DNA from: Candidatus Izemoplasmatales bacterium
Lineage (GTDB): Bacteria > Bacillota_I > Bacilli_A > Izemoplasmatales > Hujiaoplasmataceae
NCBI GenBank assembly: GCA_050949045.1
Contig: JBMNEZ010000001.1
Location: forward strand, 928,001-992,000
Reading direction: 5' to 3'
DNA: 64,000 bases
The notes beneath the pieces were generated by a model that was given only the letters and a program-made list of their open reading frames with translations, made no database searches and was not told the DNA's origin. The position numbers were made by a program, and so were the translations under genes. This document shows positions 29,145-38,766 of this stretch, piece after piece (positions within the stretch are counted from its first letter, which is position 1; each line of letters opens with the position of its first letter).

Positions 29145-30200
29145 TTACCAATTATCAATTAGATTATATAAATAAGTATTTTTATATATTTTTTGTTTTC
29201 CAACTTTTTCAACAATTAATATCCCATGTTCAACCAATAAATTTAAATATTTCGAGGCTGTATTTCTAGATATGTTTAAATTTTCTCTAAAGTATTCATT
29301 CTTTGTATAGAAATCAAAAAAAAGATAATTAACAAGTTTTTCAGAATATATTTCCGGACATACCTCTTTAATTCTACTTGTTGCATCTTTCATTAATGAT
29401 ATAAAATTATTAATAAAAGAAATTGTAAACTTGGCAGTATTTTCTACTCCTTTGACCATATACAGTAAATAATCTTTGATATTTTTATTATCTACTCTTA
29501 TATTATGTAAATGACTATAATATTCATCTTTTGTTTTATTTATATATTTAGATAAATATAAAATTGGCAATTTAATCTGATTCTCTAAAACTAAATATAA
29601 AATATTTAAAACACGTCCTGTCCTACCATTTCCATCATGAAATGGATGAATCGATTCAAATTGATAATGAATCATGGCCATTTTTAAAATTGCATCTATA
29701 TCATGTAATTCTGGGTAATTTATATACTTTTCTAAATTATTCAAATATTTTATAATTTCTCTTTCAGATTGTGGTGGTGTGTGTAAGACTTCTTTTGTTT
29801 TAGTATTTAAAATTACTGTTCCCGGTATTTTTCTAATTCCACCCACATTTGGTTCAATTATAGAATGTATATCTACAATCATATTAGTAGAAAGATAGCC
29901 TTTTTTTACAATTTCATAATATCCTTTTAATAATGCTTGTCTATAATTAACCACTTCTTTTGCATTATAATTTTTGGTATTCAAAGTTATTTCTTTAAAA
30001 ATTTCATCAAAAGTAGTTACTATATTTTCAATAGAACTAGACTCTTTAGCTTCTCCAAGTATAATGGCATTTAAAATAATTTTAGGATTAGGTAGTAGAT
30101 TAATCAGGCCGTTTAAATTTCCCAATTCATATTTTGCATTTATTAAAACTTTTAAAATATCCGGATCTTCATAATTAAAATCAATAGGTAGTTTGTGCAT
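29145..30200 (-). CDS. Fic family AMPylase with N-terminal inhibitory helix and C-terminal HTH
   Basis: HPFHDGNGRTGR catalytic motif; SSSIEN inhibitory motif; C-terminal ISRNTASKYL; ATG 30200 behind AGGAGG. Confidence 0.93.
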   Translation of the reverse strand: MHKLPIDFNYEDPDILKVLINAKYELGNLNGLINLLPNPKIILNAIILGEAKESSSIENIVTTFDEIFKEITLNTKNYNAKEVVNYRQALLKGYYEIVKKGYLSTNMIVDIHSIIEPNVGGIRKIPGTVILNTKTKEVLHTPPQSEREIIKYLNNLEKYINYPELHDIDAILKMAMIHYQFESIHPFHDGNGRTGRVLNILYLVLENQIKLPILYLSKYINKTKDEYYSHLHNIRVDNKNIKDYLLYMVKGVENTAKFTISFINNFISLMKDATSRIKEVCPEIYSEKLVNYLFFDFYTKNEYFRENLNISRNTASKYLNLLVEHGILIVEKVGKQKIYKNTYLYNLIDNW

Positions 30201-30258
30201 ATCTTCTCCTCCTGCACAAATATTATCGTTTTTTGCGCATATTGTCAATATATGCACA
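30194..30258 (-). promoter_or_regulatory. fic promoter with two TG(T/C)GCA-N13-TGCACA operators
   Basis: TTGACA (30248-30243), 17 bp, TAATAT (30225-30220); inverted repeats at 30194-30218 and 30234-30258. Confidence 0.7.
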
Positions 30259-30380
30259 CAATTTCATCTATCATATTTATTTATGATTAATAGTTACTTT
30301 TAATTAAAATATAGTATCATTTAAAAAAGACGCCTAATTAATGGCATCTCATCATCTCTTTAGAGTTCAACTCTTATCAT

Positions 30381-30454
30381 TGGAGGACCCAACCGGATTT
30401 GAACCGGTGGTGAGGGAGTTGCAGTCCCTTGCCTTACCGCTTGGCTATGGGTCC
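30381..30454 (-). tRNA. tRNA-Cys(GCA)
   Basis: GGACCCA/TGGGTCC acceptor stem, anticodon loop CT-GCA-AC, GGTTCAAAT T-loop, encoded CCA. Confidence 0.96.
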
Positions 30455-30502
30455 CCGAAAACACAATAAGAAAGTACGAATGCTTATTTCTAGAAAACAC
30501 TA

Positions 30503-30579
30503 TGGTCGGGAAGACAGGATTTGAACCTGCGACCTCCTGGTCCCAAACCAGGCGCTCTGCCAAACTAAGCTACTTCCCG
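30503..30579 (-). tRNA. tRNA-Pro(TGG)
   Basis: CGGGAAG 5' end, anticodon arm CCTGG-TT-TGG-GA-CCAGG, CCA end. Confidence 0.96.
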
Positions 30580-30585
30580 AAGAAA

Positions 30586-30662
30586 TGGCGCGCTCATCAG
30601 GAGTCGAACCCGAAACCTTTTGATCCGTAGTCAAACGCTCTATCCAATTGAGCTATGAGCGC
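30586..30662 (-). tRNA. tRNA-Arg(ACG)
   Basis: GCGCTCA/TGAGCGC stem, anticodon arm TTTGA-CT-ACG-GA-TCAAA, CCA end. Confidence 0.96.
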
Positions 30663-31222
30663 GCGTTAGGTCCTGATTTGGAATTGAGGAGTGTTTTATT
30701 ACTGGCAATCCCGATTTTAAAGGCCGTTATATATATTATCAAAATACCCTTGATAATGCAACTCTTATTTCCCTTTATGAGGCGATTTTTCATTTTTCAA
30801 AACCGCTCTAAGCTAACCTTTTAGCCGATCAAAACCCTCTCTTATCTTGCTTGTTTTTTTGATCATACCATCTTGAAAGCATCGTCATAGATCACAATAA
30901 TAACCCGAACTGATTGCGTGACAACTTGTTATTATAGAAATAAACATTGCCTATAATGACAAAGCTGCATTAATTCCAAATATAAAATACTAATTGATTA
31001 TATGACTTTTTCTTTGCAATTAGCTACTGTATTCTATCTTTTATCTGTTTGTTTTCAAAAGATATCCGGCATTCTGGTATGAGAATCATTTGGAAATCTC
31101 TTTCAAATAAGTTTGAATGGTGTTATATTATTGTGTGTAAAAATGCGTGTTTATCACAGTTTCATGTTAGAGATAACAATCTATGAACGACAAGACGCAC
31201 AGGGCATGAGAGAGGGGCATTC

Positions 31223-32566
31223 ATGAAGACTTCCAAGAAAATCAATCTCAACGCATTGCAGACATTGGCGCTCGGCTTCTCTCTGATCATCCTGATCGGC
31301 AGCGTTCTTCTTTTTCTCCCGATCGCCAACAAAAGCACTGCTTCAATTTCTTATTTAAATGCTTTGTTCACTTCCGCGTCCGCGACTTGCGTCACGGGAC
31401 TTGCCGTATACGACATTTACTCTCAGTTCACTTTATTCGGTCAAATAGTGATACTCATCCTCATTCAGATAGGCGGCCTCGGCTTCATGACGATCGCAGT
31501 CATGATTTCGATGTTTCTCGGCAGAAAGATCGGACTTAAAGAACGAATCAATCTGATGGAGGCGGTCAACTCGATGCAAATCGGGGGAATTGTCCGGATG
31601 GCGAAGCGTATCTTGATCATCACTGCCGTTTTTGAAATCGTCGGCGCCGGGCTGTTGTCGATCCGTTTCATTCCCGAATTCGGTTTGGGACAGGGACTCT
31701 GGTTTTCCTTGTTTCATTCGGTGTCCGCATTTTGCAACGCCGGGTTTGACCTGATGGGCATCATCAGTCCTTCGGTGTCTCTATCCCCATTCATCGGCGA
31801 TGCCTTGGTCAATCTCGTAGTGATCGTCCTAATGGTTGTCGGCGGGATCGGCTTTATCGTCTGGAATGATATTGCCGAGTACCGTTTCCAGATCCGCAAA
31901 TACCGTTTGCACTCTAAAATCGTCTTGTCCGCAACTCTTGTATTAATTTTTGTTTCCACCATCGCCTTTTGCCTTCTTGAGTGGCATCAAGCCTATGCAG
32001 GATTGGCGACAGGCGAAAAACTGCTTGCATCTTTGTTCTCGGCGGTCACGGCCAGAACTACCGGTTTCTTCACTGTTCAAATCCCCTCGATGAGTGAGGC
32101 TGGTTCGATCCTGACCATGATTCTGATGTTAATAGGCGCGGGACCGGGATCGACAGCTGGAGGGATCAAGATCACAACGATAGCGGTCATCTTTCTGTCA
32201 ACGATCGGCTATATCAAAGGTTCGGATGACATCAATATTTTTGGCAGGAGAATCGATCAAGCCAACGTCAGGCATGCTTTCAATATGGCGTTTTTGTATA
32301 TCTTGATCGCAACCATCGGCGGCTTTATCATCATCATTATTCAAAATGCCAATTTGCATGATGTGATGTTCGAAGTCTTTTCGGCAATCGGCACAACCGG
32401 GCTGTCGAGAGGGCTGACCAACAGTTTGTTGCCACCATCAAAAATCGTCATCATCCTGCTCATGTATTCGGGCCGCGTCGGCAGTATGTCGATCGCGATG
32501 GCCTTCATCGAAAAGAAACACGCGGATTCCTTGAGGAATCCTCAAGAAAAAGTCATCATCGGATAA
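31223..32566 (+). CDS. trkH: Trk/Ktr potassium uptake membrane subunit
   Basis: SATCVTGL, IQIGGLG, SAFCNAGF, GSTAGGIK, SAIGTTGLS, GRVG. Confidence 0.93.
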   Translation: MKTSKKINLNALQTLALGFSLIILIGSVLLFLPIANKSTASISYLNALFTSASATCVTGLAVYDIYSQFTLFGQIVILILIQIGGLGFMTIAVMISMFLGRKIGLKERINLMEAVNSMQIGGIVRMAKRILIITAVFEIVGAGLLSIRFIPEFGLGQGLWFSLFHSVSAFCNAGFDLMGIISPSVSLSPFIGDALVNLVVIVLMVVGGIGFIVWNDIAEYRFQIRKYRLHSKIVLSATLVLIFVSTIAFCLLEWHQAYAGLATGEKLLASLFSAVTARTTGFFTVQIPSMSEAGSILTMILMLIGAGPGSTAGGIKITTIAVIFLSTIGYIKGSDDINIFGRRIDQANVRHAFNMAFLYILIATIGGFIIIIIQNANLHDVMFEVFSAIGTTGLSRGLTNSLLPPSKIVIILLMYSGRVGSMSIAMAFIEKKHADSLRNPQEKVIIG

Positions 32567-32577
32567 AGGAGAATTGT

Positions 32578-33225
32578 ATGCAATCAGTACTAGTGATCGG
32601 GCTAGGCCGCTTCGGCAAACATCTCGCCCTAAAACTCGCAGAACTCGGAAACGAGGTCATGGCCATTGACAAGGATGAAGCGACCGTCAACCAAGTCGCT
32701 CCCTATGTGACCTCCGCCCAAATCGGCGACTGCATGGATGAACATGTCATCAATTCGATCGGCGTCAGCAATTTTGATGTCTGTTTTGTCTGCATCAGCG
32801 ATAACTTCCAGTCGTCTCTCGAGATAACCTGGCTGTTGAAACAAGCGGGCGCGAAGGAAATCATCTCGAAAACCGACCGGGAGATGCACGCAAAGTTCTT
32901 ATTACAGATCGGTGCCACTTCCGTGATCCATCCGGAACGCGATATGGCCTGGCGGACCGCCGTCAAGTATTCATCCAGCCATATTTTTGACTATATCGAG
33001 CTGGCGCCCGGATACTCGATCACCGAGATCGAAGTTCCCTCGGCCTGGATCGGTCAATCGATTAGCGATTTAAAAGTCAGAGAGAAACACAAAGTCAATA
33101 TCATCGCCACCAAGGTTGATGGGCAACTTTATCCCACAATCAGTGCCGATCATGTGTTTGAAAAAGGGGAACATCTGTATGTTTCCGGAAACGAAAAGGA
33201 CATCCTCAAACTAGTTGAGAAATAA
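32578..33225 (+). CDS. trkA: Trk/Ktr RCK regulatory subunit
   Basis: VIGLGRFG Rossmann motif, IHPE, RCK_C domain. Confidence 0.92.
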   Translation: MQSVLVIGLGRFGKHLALKLAELGNEVMAIDKDEATVNQVAPYVTSAQIGDCMDEHVINSIGVSNFDVCFVCISDNFQSSLEITWLLKQAGAKEIISKTDREMHAKFLLQIGATSVIHPERDMAWRTAVKYSSSHIFDYIELAPGYSITEIEVPSAWIGQSISDLKVREKHKVNIIATKVDGQLYPTISADHVFEKGEHLYVSGNEKDILKLVEK

Positions 33226-33452
33226 AAAATCGGATCCATTCTGACGCCGACGGAAGCGCCGGCGTTTTTTAATTAATAAGGCCGGCGATCATCGCCGGCC
33301 TCAACTGTCAAATCAAGTATTCACGATATAAATTACTCTTCAATTTAAAAATGATTAACATAAGTCCGTATGCAGGTAAAATACCTATAGTATCAAGCGA
33401 AAAACTTTTCGCGAATAATTAGGCAGTCGCCTTTTTCTAGTCCGCCGGTTTA

Positions 33453-34574
33453 TTAATCATCATCGTCGAGCCAGGCGTCGTTTCTGATAATCAGGTATTC
33501 AGCTTCCAAAAAGACTTTCTCCTTGTTTTTAAATTGATGAGCGGGATGGAAGTCAGTGGTCATGATTTGCGCCCCGCATTCTCTGGCAAGAGCCCTGACT
33601 TCTTCGTTGGGGATTAGACTGCTGTCCATTCTCGTCCTCACGATCATGTTGGCCTCAAGAAGAGGTAGAATTCTCTCCGGATCAGGGTTGTTGTGGACGC
33701 TGAAGGCGGCATGAGGATGATCGATATCCTGGTTGGACACCGCGGGAAACATCGCCATATCGTCAAATTCCGGATCAAGCTCCAGATAATCGCTTGTGAA
33801 TTTTCCGGGATGAAGAACCACAATGACCTTACCCAACAGAGCGTTCACAAGCGGCCAAGACTCCGCCACAAGCCTCTCTCTGATTGAACTGTACGCCCCC
33901 ATCAGTTCTTTGGGGGTATAGAGCGAATCGGAGAAAGAAGCAACAATCAGTTCATCAAGCAGAGTCAATTCGGCGCTTCCGATATCCTCAAGCAAAGGAT
34001 CGAGCATCATCCAGTCGCTCTTGAGTTCGAGCAACAAAATGATCGGTATATGATTCGGGTTGTTCTTCGACCAAAGAGCGATTTCCTCAAATGCAAGCGC
34101 CAACTTCGCCGCAGTGGTGGAGTTGTCGACGAGCGGAACATGGGTGCATTCAAACTCATCTTTCCGGTATCTTACGTCAAGTTCAAAACTGCGGATGCCG
34201 ACATTAAGCTGGGTCGTGAGATCAGGATTCCCGTATTCGAGTGCCCTTGCCTCCGCAAACGAATCTCCCAAGCCGACGAACAACTTCCCAATGGCGGTCC
34301 CTTTCTTTTTGTAGGAGTTGTGAGAGGCGAGGATGCGGATCTCGTTGAGACGAAGATCATTGTCTTCTAGATCAAAACCGACGAATTTCTGTTCGTCTAT
34401 CGGGACAAAGTCCTCACTGTAAAGATCACGCAAATCCTTGAGATGTTGCTTTTGAAGAGAGATATCGCGCCATCTGACGATATTGAAAACGAGGATCAAA
34501 GTGAAAAACAGGCCTACGACCGCAAACAAGACCAAAAGCAGGATCTTGCCGATTTTTTTTAATGTTCTTATCAT
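33453..34574 (-). CDS. Ca2+-dependent phosphoinositide-specific phospholipase C family protein
   Basis: N-terminal TM; ASHNSY, QLNVGIRSFELD, WSKNNPNHIPI, IVRTRMD, GAQIMTTDF. Confidence 0.85.
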   Translation of the reverse strand: MIRTLKKIGKILLLVLFAVVGLFFTLILVFNIVRWRDISLQKQHLKDLRDLYSEDFVPIDEQKFVGFDLEDNDLRLNEIRILASHNSYKKKGTAIGKLFVGLGDSFAEARALEYGNPDLTTQLNVGIRSFELDVRYRKDEFECTHVPLVDNSTTAAKLALAFEEIALWSKNNPNHIPIILLLELKSDWMMLDPLLEDIGSAELTLLDELIVASFSDSLYTPKELMGAYSSIRERLVAESWPLVNALLGKVIVVLHPGKFTSDYLELDPEFDDMAMFPAVSNQDIDHPHAAFSVHNNPDPERILPLLEANMIVRTRMDSSLIPNEEVRALARECGAQIMTTDFHPAHQFKNKEKVFLEAEYLIIRNDAWLDDDD

Positions 34575-34804
34575 TTGATTCGCTCCTTATTGATGAAGAT
34601 TCTGACAGCGATTCTTCAAAACCATTTCAACGGCGATGGACAAAGAATAGGTTTGTCCTTCTTTTTTGTTATTATAACATATTATGAAATAGTGATGAAT
34701 TGACTATAAGAAATAAAAACAAAACCCGCGAAAATTTGCGGGTTAGTTATGGATGAATTGAAGTTAAAGAAAAACTGTTTTCTATTTTCTCAATCGGCTG
34801 ATGG

Positions 34805-35398
34805 TTATTCCGATGCCGGTGCTTCTGATTCTTCCTCTTCTTCTTCGGTCTCAGTTTCCTCTTCGACCACATGTTTGACCTCAAGAACATTGATGACGAG
34901 CCGGTTTTCATCTTCGATCGCCTTGATCCCCGCGGGAAGTACCAAGTCGCGGACATGGATGGCTTGACCGATCTCCATTGAGGACACATCGATGTCGATG
35001 GCATCGATGCCGGAATCAACGCTGTATTCAACCTCGATCTCATCGAGTGTTATCTGAACGATGCCGTTCAACTTCTCGATGGCCTCGCGGCCGTGGACGC
35101 GGATCGGAACTCGGTTTTTAATCAAATTGCCATGCTCGACCTTAAGCAGGTCGAAACTGAGGATCGCCTTGGGATTCAAGACGTCCGCTTGGACATCCTT
35201 GATGAATACCTGGTGCGTATCCTTGTCTAGTTTGACTTTGAAGGCCTTGGTCTTGCCATAGGTTTTGTAGAGATCGCGGAAATCCCTCTCATCGATCTGG
35301 ATCGAAACCGGGCTAATTGATTTGCCATAGATGACACCTGGCAATTTTTTCATTTTTCTGACCGTTTGCAAATTAGCGGTTCTTTTTTCTATCTTCAT
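34805..35398 (-). CDS. rplY: 50S ribosomal protein bL25 (CTC type)
   Basis: LPGVIYGK, IKDVQ, IHVRDL, acidic tail; ATG 35398 behind AAGGAG. Confidence 0.93.
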   Translation of the reverse strand: MKIEKRTANLQTVRKMKKLPGVIYGKSISPVSIQIDERDFRDLYKTYGKTKAFKVKLDKDTHQVFIKDVQADVLNPKAILSFDLLKVEHGNLIKNRVPIRVHGREAIEKLNGIVQITLDEIEVEYSVDSGIDAIDIDVSSMEIGQAIHVRDLVLPAGIKAIEDENRLVINVLEVKHVVEEETETEEEEEESEAPASE

Positions 35399-35531
35399 GG
35401 TGATGCTCCTTTCGTCGAAACACATTCAGTATTATATCACAGACAACCGAAAAAACACAATCAAAGCTTTATCAGAATTGCTTGTTTTGTTCTTTGAAAA
35501 CCCCAAAATCGATTATTATTAGAATTCTATC

Positions 35532-36680
35532 TCAATACTTGTCTTGGAGAATACGAAGGAAAGCCGCGTTATAGTGTTCCAGTCTGATGATATAGTGATG
35601 TTCGCAATATTTGAACCCGAGATCTCGCCTAAGTGTCACGGTCGGGTTTTCGATCTCTTGAATAGGAATCATCTCGCTTCGGGCACCGGAAAGCCGAAAC
35701 TCGCCGTCACAATACAAAAGTTCGATCTCTCCGACTTTGGTTTGGGATTCGTCCTCCATCCGCAAGAACGACAAAACCCCCTTGCTTTTGATCGTGCTTT
35801 GGCGCAATTTGTCTTGAAACTTTCGCTGGAAGTTGTCCCAGTCGATGAGATTGTCAAAGACAAAGCCCTTGATGAAACCGTATTTGTCGATATGGCCTTC
35901 GTGCTTGCAGGCGGTGCAGCGGATCGTGTTTCTATAGGTCTCGATCGTGTTGACGCTTTCGCAATGCGGACAGATATAGACGATATTCTCCAACCCCTCC
36001 GCAAGCCTTTTGCCCGGATGCGGAACCATCACCTGTCTTTGATACTCGTAATCATTGTGATAGAGCGCCTTCTTGACGATCGCTCCGATTTCCTCGGGCG
36101 TGAGCCTCTCGAGATCGGCTTTGCTGATCTCGAGTTTGTAGTCGAGTTCGATTTTGCGGTTACGGCGTTTGCCGGTTGCCCATCTCGGTTTAGAATGATA
36201 GCCACCTTTGACGACACAAGTAATGACATCGAGACCGAGTTTTTTGATCAGTTTCATCGTTGCTTCCTCGATGTATCCGGTTTCGCCATAAAATGTCATA
36301 TCTCCCTCGGGGAAAATCAGGATCGGATAGCCCTTTTTAACCGCATTGAAGACACTCCTGATGGTCTGGACGTCGCTTTTTCCTTTTGATTTGGGGATGA
36401 CATGCGCAATTTGCGTCACAAAAAACTTGGTAGGCTGCCTCGTGAATAAATTCTGGGAGGCAATGATGAAGGGGACGTTTCGGAAGGGTAGGACCACATG
36501 GACGACATCAAACATAAAGGTGTGATTACCAAGCAAGACAAATGGTTCCTTCCGCTTGACATCGACCGAAGGATCGATGTTCATCTTGTGTTTGGCATCG
36601 ATCCGCATCCAAATATGGATAAGCGGTCTTAATGCCTGAAGCCAAAAGTCTTGTTGGCGGTCAAGTCGCGTTTTCTCCAT
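35532..36680 (-). CDS. Lysophospholipid acyltransferase (PlsC-like) with C-terminal Cys-rich extension
   Basis: GNHTFMFD (HX4D), IFPEG; CPHC...CTAC. Confidence 0.85.
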   Translation of the reverse strand: MEKTRLDRQQDFWLQALRPLIHIWMRIDAKHKMNIDPSVDVKRKEPFVLLGNHTFMFDVVHVVLPFRNVPFIIASQNLFTRQPTKFFVTQIAHVIPKSKGKSDVQTIRSVFNAVKKGYPILIFPEGDMTFYGETGYIEEATMKLIKKLGLDVITCVVKGGYHSKPRWATGKRRNRKIELDYKLEISKADLERLTPEEIGAIVKKALYHNDYEYQRQVMVPHPGKRLAEGLENIVYICPHCESVNTIETYRNTIRCTACKHEGHIDKYGFIKGFVFDNLIDWDNFQRKFQDKLRQSTIKSKGVLSFLRMEDESQTKVGEIELLYCDGEFRLSGARSEMIPIQEIENPTVTLRRDLGFKYCEHHYIIRLEHYNAAFLRILQDKY

Positions 36681-36764
36681 TGAAGTTGTCCTTTCTGCTT
36701 ATGTCTATAATAGCATTATACACCAATTGCTTGAAACTGTAGCCGTTGATCAGTATTGAATATA

Positions 36765-38447
36765 TCACCAGCCCCCGAGGGGTATCTCGAAACGTTCAAC
36801 GCTGTCTCCAAGGAACGGATCGATGATCGTTACGGTTTGTTGCTGGGAATTGGTGTAATATAAATCCATCTTTCCGGTATCAAAGTCAACTGTCGTCGCT
36901 AGGCCGATGATCTTCTGCCCAAACAGGTTTTCCTTGACGGCAGGCGTTTGCACGTCGCTTCTTCTTGAAACGAGGAAAGTCGGGAAGTTCGCATTCGTCA
37001 TATAGCCGACTCTTATATTTGATGCGCTGTAGTTATCATGGTAGTATAAGGTGGTTTGTTTTGGCGTGTCTTCCAAAAACTGAAGCAACTGGTGCCGATG
37101 ACCGGAAACCATTAAATCAAGATTCATCCCGTTTAAAGAAGCGGTCCATTCGTTTTTGATCTCATCCAAATACAGATTGTTCTCGTCATAATTGCTGTCG
37201 TGATTGTAGACATTGACAATCGGCATATGACAGATTCCCAGACGGAATTTGACAGCGGGATCGAGAAAAGCGCCGCTCGCCAGAACCGCCTCTAAAAAAA
37301 AGGTCTGCTCATTGCGGTAATCGGTGAAATTGGCGGTTTCATAGTATTCCCACCAATCATCGGGGTGGTCTTCGCCAAGATCAAGGACGATTCCGAAAAC
37401 GCCGCCAAGATTGAAAGTATAGTAGAATTTCTGGTTTTTCGATCCGACATATTTGTACAGTTCATTGGCTTTCAAGCCTTTGACCTCATGATTGCCTCTG
37501 GCATAGACAACCGGGCGCTCTCCTTTGGTGATATTGTAGGCGATCTTGTGGATGATGGAGATATCGGAAATTGTGTCGAGAAATGAAGAAATGTCGCCGG
37601 CGAGCACCAGAAAGTCGAGGTCGTCGCCATAATAACTCCCCGTCTTTGACCCGGCGACAACGTACTCATGGGTATCGGAGAGCGTGTAGAACTGGAGCCC
37701 GTCCTCAAGATTCACAGGCCGGAAGGCAAACGTTTTTTTGATTGTTCTTCCCGCTAATCCGGAATATGGCCCTCTGTAGATCATGTTAGTCGAGATGATT
37801 TCATATTCTTTAGCGGCATCGAGAACCGCCATCGGCACGCTGACTTTGTGCACCACCGTTTCCGAGTCAAGGCTACCAGCATAAGTATCCTTATAGTATG
37901 TCTCACCAACCCTCACTTGGCCGGTCGCCTTGATTGAAGTCACCCAGACAATCTGATACTCGTCTTCAACAGCAAAGACGGTGGGCATATTCCTGATCAT
38001 CACGAAATTGGCAAGAAAACTCCCGCCAAGTAGGAAAACCATCAACACCAAAAGAAAGGTGATCCTGAAAAATCTTGTTTTCCAGATCTTCGTTTTCGGA
38101 AACTCTAACAACAAATAAAGAACGAACAAAACAACTCCAAAAATCAAGACATTAATGGCAAAACTCCTGAGAATGTATCTGAGCGAGCCGATCCCGAGAT
38201 AAAACATATAAAAAAGCGCAACGGTGAAAGCGAGCGATATTCCCCCAAACACCCAAACCGTCTTGCCGATATACTTTTTTGCGAGCATGACCACCAATAT
38301 GAGAAAGATTAAAACGATCAGGCCCAAAAAAAGATATTGGAGCCACCAAAGACCAAACATGCCTTGAATGCCGGACCAGATCGACTCCATCGCTAAATAA
38401 AAAAGCAGATTGAAAAGGGCAACACCGAAAAAGATCTTTGTTTTCAT
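36765..38447 (-). CDS. Membrane-anchored metallophosphoesterase (purple acid phosphatase-like)
   Basis: Several N-terminal TM helices; SDTH, GD, RGNHE, CHMP, SGHRH. Confidence 0.85.
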   Translation of the reverse strand: MKTKIFFGVALFNLLFYLAMESIWSGIQGMFGLWWLQYLFLGLIVLIFLILVVMLAKKYIGKTVWVFGGISLAFTVALFYMFYLGIGSLRYILRSFAINVLIFGVVLFVLYLLLEFPKTKIWKTRFFRITFLLVLMVFLLGGSFLANFVMIRNMPTVFAVEDEYQIVWVTSIKATGQVRVGETYYKDTYAGSLDSETVVHKVSVPMAVLDAAKEYEIISTNMIYRGPYSGLAGRTIKKTFAFRPVNLEDGLQFYTLSDTHEYVVAGSKTGSYYGDDLDFLVLAGDISSFLDTISDISIIHKIAYNITKGERPVVYARGNHEVKGLKANELYKYVGSKNQKFYYTFNLGGVFGIVLDLGEDHPDDWWEYYETANFTDYRNEQTFFLEAVLASGAFLDPAVKFRLGICHMPIVNVYNHDSNYDENNLYLDEIKNEWTASLNGMNLDLMVSGHRHQLLQFLEDTPKQTTLYYHDNYSASNIRVGYMTNANFPTFLVSRRSDVQTPAVKENLFGQKIIGLATTVDFDTGKMDLYYTNSQQQTVTIIDPFLGDSVERFEIPLGGW

Positions 38448-38766
38448 TGATAGACCACCTTCTTTAGAATCAAATCTAATTCATTAATTATTTCTTTCAA
38501 TATTATTATATCATTTCAATAAAATAGTAGATACAAATCGAAAAAACGTTTTCCCATTCATCAAGATTTATATCAGTTTCAAAGAGAAAATAGCATGTCA
38601 AGACTTTATTTGCAAAGAAATCTCAAATAAAATGATTCTCAAACCACCCGCCATTGAAAGTGTCGCGGTTTCAGCTGATTCTTGACATCGATCCATACTT
38701 GAAGAATTGGTGCTGTTATGATATATTAATTGTGCTTATAACATTATGTTCAGAAGGATGGAGTCA

